From Candidatus Iainarchaeum sp. (GTDB lineage: Archaea > Micrarchaeota > Micrarchaeia > Burarchaeales > Fermentimicrarchaeaceae): a DNA stretch of 64,000 nt. The stretch's first letter is position 1. Every line of letters starts with the position of its first letter. The DNA is taken from positions 8,154 through 72,153 of the forward strand of contig JAQTMQ010000002.1 in NCBI GenBank assembly GCA_028714235.1, given 5' to 3'. Made by a program: the position numbers and the translations under genes. This document shows, piece after piece, positions 8,876 to 18,586 of this stretch. The notes beneath the pieces were generated by a model. That model was not told the DNA's origin and ran no database searches. It saw nothing but the letters and a program-made list of their open reading frames with translations.

Positions 8876-10072
8876 TTGGCTGAGAAGTCGAAGCTGCAAT
8901 ACGAGCTCAAGAAGCAGCTCAAGGCGTTGAAGGGGCTGAAGGGCAGCGGAACAGAGCTCATCTCGCTTTACATCACGCCCGGATACCAGATAGCGGACGC
9001 CTCGAACAAGCTCAAGGAGGAATACGGCCAGGCGGCGAACATCAAGTCCAAGTCCACGAGGAAAAACGTGCAGGCGGCTCTCGAGCGCATAATCAACTAC
9101 CTGAAGGCGTACAGGTCTCCGCCCCCGAACGGCATGGCGATTTTCGCGGGCAACGTCTCCAAGGACGCGGGCAGGCCGGACATACAGCTTTTCTCGCTTG
9201 AGCCTCCTGAACCGCTGCGCACGCAGTTTTACAGGTGCGACTCCGCCTTCGTCCTCGAGCCCCTCGAGGACATAGTTTCAATCAAGGACACTTACGGCCT
9301 CCTCGTGATGGACGGGAGGGAGGCGACGATTGCGACCCTGCGCGGCAAGTCCACGAGCATCGTCAGGAAGCTGAATTCCACGGCGCACAGCAAGGTGAGG
9401 AAGGGCGGCCAGTCCGCGCGGAGGTACGAGCGCCTCATAGAGGAAAGCATTGAATACTACTACAAGCGCATCGGCGAGGCGCTGGACGCGGTTTTCGTGG
9501 GGATGCCCCACTTCAGGGGCATCATCGTGGGCGGCCCGGGCCCGGCGAAGGACGACTTCATGAAAATGAAGCCCTTCAACTACCAGCTCAAGGTCCTCGG
9601 CGTGCTCGACACGGGCTACACGGACGAGTACGGCGTGAAGGAGCTCGTGGACAAGTCGGGCTCCATCCTCGCGGAGCAGGAGTCCATAAAGGAAAAGCAG
9701 CTCGTGGACTCGTTCATCAAGGCGGTCGTGACGGGCGGGCCCGTGGCTTACGGCGAAAAGGAGGTGCGCGAGGCGCTCCTCGCAAACCGCGTGAAAACCC
9801 TTCTCGTCTCCGAAGGGCTTGACCTGAAGAAAGTGCTCTTCAGGTGCTCGCAATGCGGCAGGGAAAAGGAGGTAATCTCCCGCAGCGAAGCCGACTTCAT
9901 GGACGAATGCGGCGGAAAAATGCGGGCGGAAAAGTCGGAGGACGTCGCGGGCGAGCTTCTCCGCATCGCCGAGGAAAAGAACACGGAGCTCCAGGTAATT
10001 TCGACCGAGACCTCGGAGGGCGCGCAGTTCCTCAACTCGTTTTTCGGGATTGGCGCCTTCCTGAAGTACTAG
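8876..10072 (+). CDS. prf1: peptide chain release factor aRF1
   Basis: eRF1 family (GTELISLYITPG..., NIKS-like region NIKSKSTR, GGQSARRYERL). It has an apparent TTG start. Confidence 0.9.
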   Translation: MAEKSKLQYELKKQLKALKGLKGSGTELISLYITPGYQIADASNKLKEEYGQAANIKSKSTRKNVQAALERIINYLKAYRSPPPNGMAIFAGNVSKDAGRPDIQLFSLEPPEPLRTQFYRCDSAFVLEPLEDIVSIKDTYGLLVMDGREATIATLRGKSTSIVRKLNSTAHSKVRKGGQSARRYERLIEESIEYYYKRIGEALDAVFVGMPHFRGIIVGGPGPAKDDFMKMKPFNYQLKVLGVLDTGYTDEYGVKELVDKSGSILAEQESIKEKQLVDSFIKAVVTGGPVAYGEKEVREALLANRVKTLLVSEGLDLKKVLFRCSQCGREKEVISRSEADFMDECGGKMRAEKSEDVAGELLRIAEEKNTELQVISTETSEGAQFLNSFFGIGAFLKY

Positions 10073-10600
10073 CTACCTCACGAGCCCGGTTATCGCGCAG
10101 TCGCCGAGGAACTGCGCGTCGCCGTAAAAGTATGCCGCGCCGGCCGTGAACCTCGTGCCGTTCGATGTCGCGTTGAAGCCGACGAAGAAAGGCAGCCGCG
10201 ACTCCGCCCCCATTTCGGAAACGCAGTCGGCAATCGGGCGCGCGTAAGAGGCCGCCCCGCCGAAGCATTGGTCGCCCTCGAAAGCGTAGTTCGTCACGTT
10301 CTTGCCCAGGGTTGAAAGCGTGAAGCTCAGCTGTATGCCGCAGTTCTGCTCGTTGAACCTCGCGTCGCCTTCCCCCATCCCCCTCAAGTCCTGCACCACG
10401 GCGGCCTTGCCGGTCGCGTTGAGCACCGCCTTGAACTGGTCGCGCCCAATCTCCTTCTCCCCGGCCTGCTGCGCGAGGAAAAGCGCGGCCGCAACCGCCA
10501 AGACCAGGACCGCGGCGATCAGGAGCGCGTTCGCGCGTATGGCGCCGCCTTGCGCCTGCTTCGGCACCACGGTTTCCGGGTTCGCCACGTCCGCAGCCAA
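10073..10600 (-). CDS. secreted/membrane-anchored small protein, paralogous at its C-terminus to the downstream 712-aa protein
   Basis: N-terminal TM anchor (ALLIAAVLVLAVAAALFLA) and NxT/S sequons. Its C-terminus ...FYGDAQFLGDCAITGLVR parallels ...GPASFHSDCLVARALAGS of the neighbouring gene. Confidence 0.5.
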   Translation of the reverse strand: MAADVANPETVVPKQAQGGAIRANALLIAAVLVLAVAAALFLAQQAGEKEIGRDQFKAVLNATGKAAVVQDLRGMGEGDARFNEQNCGIQLSFTLSTLGKNVTNYAFEGDQCFGGAASYARPIADCVSEMGAESRLPFFVGFNATSNGTRFTAGAAYFYGDAQFLGDCAITGLVR

Positions 10601-10610
10601 ATGGACACCT

Positions 10611-12749
10611 TCAGCTCCCGGCCAGCGCGCGCGCGACGAGGCAGTCAGAGTGGAACGACGCCGGCCCGCTCACGAATCCCCGCGTGGAATAATACACGCT
10701 GAAGCTCGAGGTCGTCTGGTTCGCGTAGCCGAGGACGAGCGCGGGCGCCCCGGCGACGTCCCTCGTGCACGCGTCCCCGGCAGCCGCGCCCGACGGCTCG
10801 GTGCACGCGCCTCCCGCCAAGGCGTAAACGCGGACCGTTTTACCGGAAGCGGAAAGGCTCGCCGAAACCGCGTTCGCGCACGACGACATCAGGGGAAGCG
10901 CGCCCGCGGGAGCGCCGTCCGACGCGACGATGACCGCGGTGCTGTTGGCGGCCGCCAGCCGGGACGAGAACAGGTCGAAGGTAGAGCGCGTCATCTCCTG
11001 CTGCACGACAGAGTTCGCGGTCGCGACCGCCACGCCCATGAGCACGAACAGGAACGCGAAAATGATTGCCCACAGCACCACGGAAAGGCGGTTGAGCCTT
11101 ATCACGCCCCGCGCCTTCAGGAGCGCGAAGACGGCGAGGCACGCGAAGTAGGCGAACGCTCCGGAAGCGATTATCGCGACGGTCGGGAGCGTGCGGGCGT
11201 ACGTCTCCCTCGCGTCGCCGCTCAGGGAGAGGGCGCCAGCGACGAGGTCTATCGCGAAGATGCTGACCCGCCTCGCGGCTCCCGCGACCCACGTCCCGGC
11301 CTGCAGCGTGCGCTGGCCCAGCTTCTCGCTCGCGACATCGTCCGCCTCCTGCCCGATGAACCGCAAGTCGTTGCTGAACTGGGCCACCGCGTCCCGGCTC
11401 ATCGGCAGCCCGGAGCCGACCACGCGGTCAATCTCCTCCTTTTCCTCGGAATACGCGTTCAGCCTGGCGATGAGCGAGCGGTCCTGCGGGTCAAGGTAAA
11501 GGCGCGCGCGGAAGAGCGCGAGCGCGGTGTCATTGTTCAGCCCCATGAATGCGCCGAAATCCGCGGTCAGGTTCCTCGTTTCCGCGTCAACCTTCTCCGA
11601 CAGGACGAACAGCTGGACCGCGCTCGCGTTTGCCGCCGAAAAGTTGCGGTCAATCCCGTACTGCGAAACGCGGAGCAGCAGCTCGGAGAGGGCGGCGAGG
11701 TCCGCCGAAAGCTCGTCGTCGGAAACCCGGGCGAGGATGATGCTTGCGGCCCTGGAGGCGTTGGAGGCGCGCCCCTCCACCTGCGAGTAAAGCGCCCTGA
11801 ACGACTCGTTTTCCTCGCTCATGCGCACGAAGTTGAACCTCGCGTTCATGCTGTTGTAAAGCGCCTGCGCGCGCGACAGCGCGCTCGCGTTGGACACTAT
11901 GCGGCCCGAAATCGCGTTCGAGTCCGTCATCGCCTCCGTGAGCTGCGAGAAGTTCGCGGGCACGTCGCGGCACCACTGCGAGTTCATCCTCGCGCTCGAC
12001 CTGTAGGCGCACCATTCAAGGCCGGCGGGCGCGAGTTGCGAGCCCGTAATCTCGAAGCACCCGAACAGGTGGTTCGTCTGCACCGCCTGCGCGCCGGCCT
12101 GGGCCGCGGTGAGGTTCCCGGTGAGGTAGGACGAGTACACGGCCGCGTCCACGGCGCCGCCCTTCATCGCGGTTGCGGCGGCAACCGCGTTTTTCAGGCC
12201 CTGCTGCTCCGCCCCGGTGTCCACCTCGAACTGGTGGATTGACGCGGCGAAGTCGCTGCCGAAGTAAGCCATCTTGTCGGCGCAGAACGGCACGTTCATG
12301 CACGATTCGCAGCGGGTGACGCCGCAGGTCGCGCCCGGCCGGTCCAATCCAATCGAGGTCTTGCACTCGAATTCGGCCGGGTACCTAGACGCGTTGAAGG
12401 CGCTGATGTGCCCAATCAGGTGGTCGAGCTCCGTCGCGTTGTGGTAATTCGCCGAGGCGTAATACTCGCGAATCGCGGAATTAATCCGGCTTGAGTCGTT
12501 CACGAACGCGTACCTGGTCTCGCCGCCCGACTCGCTTCTGGAAAGGAAGAAGGATTCGACGCCTTTCACTTTCACGAGCACGAACTGGCTTCCGCCTGCG
12601 GAAATCTGGGTTGCGCCCGCGTCGGACGAGAAATTCTCGCCCGGGTAAAGGTAGGGAGTTACAAAATCCTCCAAGGTTTCCGCGTAAAGCACGGGCGCGG
12701 AAAGGGCCACGACTAACAGTAATGCTAACAGCCTGGTTTCGGTCGCCAT
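10611..12749 (-). CDS. secreted Cys-rich, N-glycosylation-sequon-rich surface protein
   Basis: Signal peptide MATETRLLALLLVVALSAPVLYA, many N-x-S/T sites and internal TM segments near residue 520-600. TTTAAATA (minus strand, 12775-12782) lies ~29 nt upstream of the ATG, so the transcript is leaderless. Confidence 0.6.
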   Translation of the reverse strand: MATETRLLALLLVVALSAPVLYAETLEDFVTPYLYPGENFSSDAGATQISAGGSQFVLVKVKGVESFFLSRSESGGETRYAFVNDSSRINSAIREYYASANYHNATELDHLIGHISAFNASRYPAEFECKTSIGLDRPGATCGVTRCESCMNVPFCADKMAYFGSDFAASIHQFEVDTGAEQQGLKNAVAAATAMKGGAVDAAVYSSYLTGNLTAAQAGAQAVQTNHLFGCFEITGSQLAPAGLEWCAYRSSARMNSQWCRDVPANFSQLTEAMTDSNAISGRIVSNASALSRAQALYNSMNARFNFVRMSEENESFRALYSQVEGRASNASRAASIILARVSDDELSADLAALSELLLRVSQYGIDRNFSAANASAVQLFVLSEKVDAETRNLTADFGAFMGLNNDTALALFRARLYLDPQDRSLIARLNAYSEEKEEIDRVVGSGLPMSRDAVAQFSNDLRFIGQEADDVASEKLGQRTLQAGTWVAGAARRVSIFAIDLVAGALSLSGDARETYARTLPTVAIIASGAFAYFACLAVFALLKARGVIRLNRLSVVLWAIIFAFLFVLMGVAVATANSVVQQEMTRSTFDLFSSRLAAANSTAVIVASDGAPAGALPLMSSCANAVSASLSASGKTVRVYALAGGACTEPSGAAAGDACTRDVAGAPALVLGYANQTTSSFSVYYSTRGFVSGPASFHSDCLVARALAGS

Positions 12750-12920
12750 TCAGCTCATAATTGGTTGGGCTGCTATTTAAATCTTTACGGATTGGTGCGG
12801 TTTACCATAGGTAAGCTTTCAACCTTGGGTTGCCGTCGAATACACGATCAGGAAGAAAGCACCAATAAACGAGGGGGGGGTGTAGCTCAAAAATTCGTTT
12901 CCACTAACTATCGTTTAAAG

Positions 12921-12970
12921 CAGAAAAAAAGAGAAAAATAAAATGGGGAGGGGGTTTTTGCAAACCCCCG
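12921..12970 (-). terminator. hairpin plus oligo-T terminator downstream of the S-layer-like gene
   Basis: Minus-strand GGGGGUUU-GCAA-AAACCCCC (GNRA loop) at 12950-12969. It is followed on the minus strand by UUUUAUUUUUCUCUUUUUUUCUGC. Confidence 0.55.
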
Positions 12971-12996
12971 GAGTCTTGGCTTCCCGGTCCGGGACC

Positions 12997-15900
12997 TTAC
13001 TGGGCCCTTGCTGCGATGAGGGCCTGGATGAACTGGTCTCCAGCGGTCACCGTGTCCTGCGGCGTGTAGCCCGCGACGAGAATCCTGTTCGTGCCAATCG
13101 CCCTCACGACCACGGGTGTCGAGGTCAGGTCGATTGCCGAGCTGCGGATTATCTCGCTTGCCACCGTGTTCACCGTGTTTCCGCCGACCACAATCAGGGT
13201 TGCGGTCTGGTCCGCGTTGGTGTCGAGCACCACGAGCTTGTTGGTTGCGGTGTCGAGGTTGGTCGGGATTACGGTGTCGGTTACGCTTGGCGTCGCGGTG
13301 AGGGCGTCGAGTCCGGTTACCTGGCAGGTTGCAGAGCCGGCTCCTGCGGTGCAGGTTCCGACGTCTTCGGTAATCTGGGTGACCTTTATTGAGATTCCGC
13401 CTGCGAGGCCAACCGTGCTCTCGCCTTCTCCGAGCGGGCCGATCTGGACGGGTGCGTTGGGCGCAGTGCCTGAGGTCTTCATGTAGTATTGCGCTTCGCA
13501 AACCTTCTTCGCCACCTTCATTGCAGCGTTCGAGCTCGAAATCGAGGTGAACTTGCTGCCCCTGTCGGTGATGAAGCCTACCGTCTGCGGTCCGTCGTAC
13601 GGTGCCGGTCCCTTGCCTACGCCCGTGTAGTTCATCTTGTCAGGCGACGTGTCGAGCGCGTTGCCCGAAATCGGGTCAACGAACTGGTACGTCGTGCTGC
13701 TCTGGTTCTGCTGCTGGATGACGAACCTCACGTAGTCGTAGTCAGCCGGGCTGTTTCCAGCGTCTTCGCGGAAGGCGATGTACCTCTCCGCCGGGATTGT
13801 CGCGCCAGGCTCGATTGTGAGCTGGCAGGTTCCGACGCCTGTCGGGACGCCAACTTCACACCACTGCGGTTCTCCGCTGGTCACGAACGCTCCAGGGCCG
13901 AAGCCGAAGCTCTGCCTCGTGCCGTCGCCCGCGTCGTAGGTCACCGCGTCTTCCGCTCCTCCGTCGGGTGCTCCGCGGAAGTCGCATGCGGTTTCGCCTG
14001 GCTGGGTCCAGATGATCTCACCGGCATCGTTGTAGAGGCCGACTCTCATGTCTTCGCCAACCTGCGTGCTGTTGACCTCGAGGTGGAACGCGTTCCCGAA
14101 GGTGCCTCCGGTTGCGGTTATTGCGAGGACCTTCGTCATGTTCTTGCTGCCCGACACGGTCAACTCGACGTCGTCCGCTCCGATTCCGCTCGTTGACGGC
14201 TGGGTGTAAACAAGGGCCTGGTCCGACGCCTCACCGACGATGGTGAAGGTGGTCTGCGAGCTGAAGTCGCCGACGATGTTCAGCGTGTGGGTAGAGTTGA
14301 TGAGGTTCAACGGATACAGTTTGGTGCCGTAGGACGCGTTCAGGAGGTTGGAGCCGAGGTTCACGTAGAACGACGAAACCTGTCCGGTCAGTCCCTGCGC
14401 GCTCACCGTGAACGGCTGGTTCAAGCCCGAGGTTACGCGGAGCACGTTTGCGTCCGGCAGCCTGGTCTTGTACGTGCAGCTGCTGTCGCCTCCGTAGTTG
14501 TTCAGGGTGAAGGTCCTCTGGAGGATGGACATTCCGAGCGAGTCGTAGTCGCCGGGGTCCGCGCAGCTGAGTCCGTTGTACTGGAGCTGCCAGACAACAG
14601 GGCTGCAGATGATGTTCTGCGTGTCTCCCTCAACCATCTTCACGTTCGCGTTGTTGCCCTCGTCCTTCACGATGATTTCCCTGAGCGAGTCCACGTACTT
14701 GCTGTCCTTGGACGGGTCCTTGTTCTTCCAGTACAGGGAAACCATCCAGTCCTCGCACTCGTCGGAAATCTTCTCGCCATCCCTGAGCTCGAACTCCTTC
14801 GAGTAGATGGCCATTTCCGCCCATTTCGCGTACGCGTAGTAACCGGGGTTGTTCTTGTAGACGCGGATGCGAATCTTGCTTCCGTCGGGCGCGGTCCAGG
14901 TGTACGTCGCTCCATCCGCGATCTTGTCCTCCTTCAGGAGGTTGTTGTTCATGTCGTATATCTGGATGGACGCGTAGGTCTGGAACAGCTCTCCCGCGGG
15001 AACAGTGATATCGGCGAGCTTCACGTAGTAGGAGCCCGTTGAAAGGTTCTCTCCCACGTGCACTATGCCGTATGCCGATTCCTTCGCAAGGCGGATTGAG
15101 CCTCCTTCGCGGATACCTCCGGTGAGGGTGCCGTCGCAGTCTCCGGATGCCTCCGTGTCTGACGAGTCGGCGACGCAGGTGGATGGCGGGCTCATGTCGG
15201 AGATGATGTAGTCCTCCCCGAGGAACTTTATGAGGACGCGGTGCCTGTCGGTCCTGTCAGTGTCAGAGCACGTCCTGTTCGTTTCCTCGGTCTGCCTGGG
15301 GTTTCCGTATCCCGGGAAGATTGCGCCGTCGTTCGGGTTGCAGGTCGCCACTGGCACGCCGTACTGGTCGTGGGTGAACTTTATCTTGTACGCCATGTCC
15401 GGCTCGAAGCCGATGATCTTCTTGAGTGCGTCGTCGTACTTCGTTACCGCCCTGACCCACAGTGTCTGCTCTTCCGTGTATCCCACGTTTGCATAGGTGT
15501 CCGTAATGGAGCCGGTCTGCAGCGCCGGGAAGTCGCTTGCGGTGAACTTCTTCACCGCGTTCGAGAACTCAAGGGGCGACGGGTCGTTTGTCTGGTCGTA
15601 CTTGTCGTCTGACGAGGACTGGTTCCTGTTCTCCAGTTTCCTGTCAACCCAGTCGTTGATCAAGGTGTTGAATTGCACAGCACCCGATACGACTCCCGGC
15701 AAGGTTACGTTCAGCCAAACCTTTTCGTTGCTGATTGCGCAAGTCCCGGCTCCACCGGTTGCACCCGAAACGGTGCAGCCTACACCGCTCTTTCCGCTTA
15801 CTGTCGCGGTGACCGCCTGCGTTCTCCAGGCGAGGTTGCCGATCATTGCGGCAATGTTCGCTGCGACTACTCCGTCAGAAGCCGCCGCGGTTTGTCCGAC

Positions 15901-16044
15901 CACGACCTTGACCTGGGGCACTCCGCTTTCCGATATGATGGGGGTGTTGCTGTAGGTAATGGCTCCCGCCGTTGCGAAAGCCGCCCCTACGAGCGCGGTA
16001 CCCGCAGCCAATGCCGCGATCTTCTTCACGTTCAAACTCTTCAC
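12997..16044 (-). CDS. S-layer-like large cell-surface glycoprotein
   Basis: 1015 aa with signal peptide (KKIAALAAGTALVGAAFATAGA), Thr/Ser/Asn/Gly-rich and many sequons. GTG start at 16044 is preceded 5 nt upstream by GAGGTGGT, a strong SD. A long AT-rich upstream region lies at 16045-16320. Confidence 0.7.
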   Translation of the reverse strand: MKSLNVKKIAALAAGTALVGAAFATAGAITYSNTPIISESGVPQVKVVVGQTAAASDGVVAANIAAMIGNLAWRTQAVTATVSGKSGVGCTVSGATGGAGTCAISNEKVWLNVTLPGVVSGAVQFNTLINDWVDRKLENRNQSSSDDKYDQTNDPSPLEFSNAVKKFTASDFPALQTGSITDTYANVGYTEEQTLWVRAVTKYDDALKKIIGFEPDMAYKIKFTHDQYGVPVATCNPNDGAIFPGYGNPRQTEETNRTCSDTDRTDRHRVLIKFLGEDYIISDMSPPSTCVADSSDTEASGDCDGTLTGGIREGGSIRLAKESAYGIVHVGENLSTGSYYVKLADITVPAGELFQTYASIQIYDMNNNLLKEDKIADGATYTWTAPDGSKIRIRVYKNNPGYYAYAKWAEMAIYSKEFELRDGEKISDECEDWMVSLYWKNKDPSKDSKYVDSLREIIVKDEGNNANVKMVEGDTQNIICSPVVWQLQYNGLSCADPGDYDSLGMSILQRTFTLNNYGGDSSCTYKTRLPDANVLRVTSGLNQPFTVSAQGLTGQVSSFYVNLGSNLLNASYGTKLYPLNLINSTHTLNIVGDFSSQTTFTIVGEASDQALVYTQPSTSGIGADDVELTVSGSKNMTKVLAITATGGTFGNAFHLEVNSTQVGEDMRVGLYNDAGEIIWTQPGETACDFRGAPDGGAEDAVTYDAGDGTRQSFGFGPGAFVTSGEPQWCEVGVPTGVGTCQLTIEPGATIPAERYIAFREDAGNSPADYDYVRFVIQQQNQSSTTYQFVDPISGNALDTSPDKMNYTGVGKGPAPYDGPQTVGFITDRGSKFTSISSSNAAMKVAKKVCEAQYYMKTSGTAPNAPVQIGPLGEGESTVGLAGGISIKVTQITEDVGTCTAGAGSATCQVTGLDALTATPSVTDTVIPTNLDTATNKLVVLDTNADQTATLIVVGGNTVNTVASEIIRSSAIDLTSTPVVVRAIGTNRILVAGYTPQDTVTAGDQFIQALIAARAQ

Positions 16045-16403
16045 GATACCACCTCGGTATTCTGTGCCGTTTCTTTGTATGGGCGCCCGGCGAACTTCTC
16101 GCGTGAAGTGCCGGGTCGACAGATGCTCCCTGCCGACATAATACCAATATTAACAACGGCACACGTTTGCCCATACACAAACCCCACGTCATCCGACGGC
16201 GCACCCGGTAGGGCGCGCAGCCATCAATAGGGCTATTCCACAGGGTTTATTTTCTATGCCTTTTTAAATATTACTGAAACCTACTAACTCCAGTTAATAT
16301 TTGACAATCGGCGGAACGCCAATTGACGAACCTATTGTTCGTCTCGCCGCGGCACCCGGAGGTGCCGCTTTTGCCCGGCAAACCCTGCAGTAAGTGCTTT
16401 GCT

Positions 16404-16437
16404 CCTTCCAATGTTATATACCTTCCAATGTTATATA
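16404..16437 (+). promoter_or_regulatory. tandem 17-nt direct repeat (2 x CCTTCCAATGTTATATA) carrying two TATA-like boxes, positioned for the leaderless ATG at 16464
   Basis: Perfect duplication seen directly in the sequence. The second TTATATA (16431-16437) is centred ~27-30 nt upstream of ATG 16464. Confidence 0.5.
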
Positions 16438-16463
16438 TAGTGCGCTTCCCCAAACCGTTTGCG

Positions 16464-17660
16464 ATGGAGCCAGCCAATTTCCTGCTCGCGGTCGTCACGA
16501 GGCGCCCGGAGGAGCTTCAAAAGAACCTTCCCGCGTACCTGGAAGCCCTCGCCGGGAGGCCGGACTGGGAGGTCGCCGTCCTTGACGACGCCAAGTCGTC
16601 CGTGGGGAACGCGGCCTTCCTTTTGCGCGCCTTCAACGAGACCGGCATCCGCATGAGGCACCTTTCCCCCCGGCACGGGGTCGGGCTCGCCCGCATCGTC
16701 TCGTCCGCGCTTTCGCGCGACGTCACGCGGCTTTTCTCCGGGAGCTTCGGCTCGATCCGGAACACCGCCCTCGCCTTCGCAATCGCCGGGAGGCAAAACG
16801 CCGTGTTCGTGGACGACGACACCTTCCCCCTTTACGACTTCGCGGCGAGGTACGAGGCGCGTTTCTCCGAGGGCTGGAAGCTCGTTCCCGGCGGCTTCGA
16901 GGGCCACGTGCACGGCTCCGCGCACGGCCTCCTGTACTCGGTTTGCGAGGCCCTGAACGAGCTCGGGGCGGGAATCCTTCCGGAGAAGGACGCGGGCGCG
17001 CAAATCCTTTCCGCGGTCCGCGGCGTCCCGCCCAGGCAGTCCAGCCATTCCAGGCATTTCTTCAGCGGCGGCAACCTCGGCGTCTCGCTTTCCCTCGCGT
17101 CAAGGCTCCCGTTCCTGCCTTCCCCGTTCCGGATAGAGGACGCCATCTTCTCCATGGCCGCGTCCGACTACCTTTCAGGCGACGGGCGGGGCGTTTTCCG
17201 CGCGTACAACGACCGCCTCGCGCTGCTTGAGACCCCCCTCGTGCGCCACGCGCGCGCCCCGACGGCGGCGCCGTCGCTTCATTCCCGGCTCGTGAGGGGG
17301 CTGAAGGGCGCCGCAGTCGCGCGGCTCGTTTCGGAAATCGGCATCCAGTCGTTCGTCAAGGAGTCCTCAATCCCGGAGGATGGGCTTTCGGCCCGCCTGC
17401 GCGGCGCGGAGGAAGCCGCGTGGTCGGATTTCAACATGGAGAACCACAAGCAGAACATTTCCGGGTCGCTTGACCTCATCCCCGGTGAGGCGAAGGAGGA
17501 ACTCGCGCGCATCGCGAAGCTTGAGATGAAGGACGTGGTGCTGTCCTTGGGCGAGGTGAAGCAGGTCCTCGACGACCTGTCATTCTCCCTGAAGGCGTGG
17601 CCTTACGTCGCGGGCGCGCTTGAGGGCGGTAATGCGGGCAAGGAAGTGCTCGCGCTGTAG
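16464..17660 (+). CDS. hypothetical protein, possible GT-A-like glycosyltransferase
   Basis: 399 aa. A DxD-like VFVDDDTFP motif sits after a Rossmann-like N-half. It is divergent from the S-layer-like gene. Confidence 0.5.
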   Translation: MEPANFLLAVVTRRPEELQKNLPAYLEALAGRPDWEVAVLDDAKSSVGNAAFLLRAFNETGIRMRHLSPRHGVGLARIVSSALSRDVTRLFSGSFGSIRNTALAFAIAGRQNAVFVDDDTFPLYDFAARYEARFSEGWKLVPGGFEGHVHGSAHGLLYSVCEALNELGAGILPEKDAGAQILSAVRGVPPRQSSHSRHFFSGGNLGVSLSLASRLPFLPSPFRIEDAIFSMAASDYLSGDGRGVFRAYNDRLALLETPLVRHARAPTAAPSLHSRLVRGLKGAAVARLVSEIGIQSFVKESSIPEDGLSARLRGAEEAAWSDFNMENHKQNISGSLDLIPGEAKEELARIAKLEMKDVVLSLGEVKQVLDDLSFSLKAWPYVAGALEGGNAGKEVLAL

Positions 17661-17693
17661 CCTTTTTCAGGGCGTTGCCGACCGCGGGCCCTC

Positions 17694-17975
17694 TCAATAG
17701 GGATGGATTCCCTTGTAGAGCACGATTCCCACGACCGCGCCGGTGAGGATTCCGACGAGGATGCTCGTGAATATGTTTCCGGATACGGCGAGGCCGTAGT
17801 CGCCGACGAGGCCGACGGATTCGGGGAGAATGAGCATGCGGTTGTATACGAGGTAGGCGAAAGCCGCCCCGAAGAGTATCCCGATTACCGCGGAGACAAT
17901 CCCCCAGACCTGTTTCCCGGTTTCCGCCATCGCTTTCTGCTTTTTCCGTTCGGGCTTAAATATCCCGCCGCCCAA
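17694..17975 (-). CDS. small membrane protein (2-3 TM)
   Basis: 93 aa, hydrophobic (GIVSAVIGILFGAAFAYLV...ILVGILTGAVVGIVLY). Confidence 0.45.
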   Translation of the reverse strand: MGGGIFKPERKKQKAMAETGKQVWGIVSAVIGILFGAAFAYLVYNRMLILPESVGLVGDYGLAVSGNIFTSILVGILTGAVVGIVLYKGIHPY

Positions 17976-18000
17976 TCACTGCCCGGGGCCGAATCCGGTT

Positions 18001-18537
18001 ATGGACGAGCGATTCAAGCACGCCGCAGCCATCGTCGCCTCGCTGGTGCTGACCGCGGGAATCCTTTTTTATAACCCGGTCGAGAGGCTGGAGCCGCAGC
18101 TCGGGGAGTACGGCTACGCAGGCGTTTTCCTCGTGATGCTCGTTTCGAGCGCGACCGTCATCCTTCCGGTTCCCGGCCTTCTCTCCGCGTTCGCGATGGG
18201 CCACGCCTACAACTTCGCCCTCGTCGGAATCGCCGGGGGCATCGGGAGCGCGCTCGGCGAGTTGAGCGGCTACCTGCTCGGCTTCGGCGGGGCGGGGCTC
18301 GTGGAGGACCGCAGGATTGCGGCGTACGAGGAAACGAAGAAGTGGATGCGGTCGAACGGCTTCCTCACGATATTCGTGCTTTCGGCGCTGCCCAACCCGG
18401 TTTTCGACCTGGCGGGGATTGCGGCGGGCTCGCTCGGCTATCCTTGGTGGAAGTTCCTTGCCGCGTGCGCGCTCGGAAAAATCCTGAAGGTGACCGCGTT
18501 CGCCTATGCCGGGCTGCGGGTTTTCGGGTTTTTTTGA
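18001..18537 (+). CDS. DedA/VTT-domain membrane protein
   Basis: Pattern GYAGVFLVMLVSSATVILPVPG...ALPNPVFDLAGIAAG, typical of DedA/SNARE-associated proteins. Confidence 0.75.
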   Translation: MDERFKHAAAIVASLVLTAGILFYNPVERLEPQLGEYGYAGVFLVMLVSSATVILPVPGLLSAFAMGHAYNFALVGIAGGIGSALGELSGYLLGFGGAGLVEDRRIAAYEETKKWMRSNGFLTIFVLSALPNPVFDLAGIAAGSLGYPWWKFLAACALGKILKVTAFAYAGLRVFGFF

Positions 18538-18586
18538 GCGCCCGGAGCCACACGCATTAATTTAATAGGATTCACAATTACTTTTC

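Noticed and set aside
10302-12242. 646-aa plus-strand ORF
   Set aside because: Antisense to the secreted 712-aa protein gene. Arg/Gly-rich junk translation.
16045-16320. CRISPR or other repeat array in the AT-rich S-layer upstream region
   Set aside because: No repeated units beyond the single 17-nt x2 tandem at 16404-16437. The region looks like a promoter/5' UTR.
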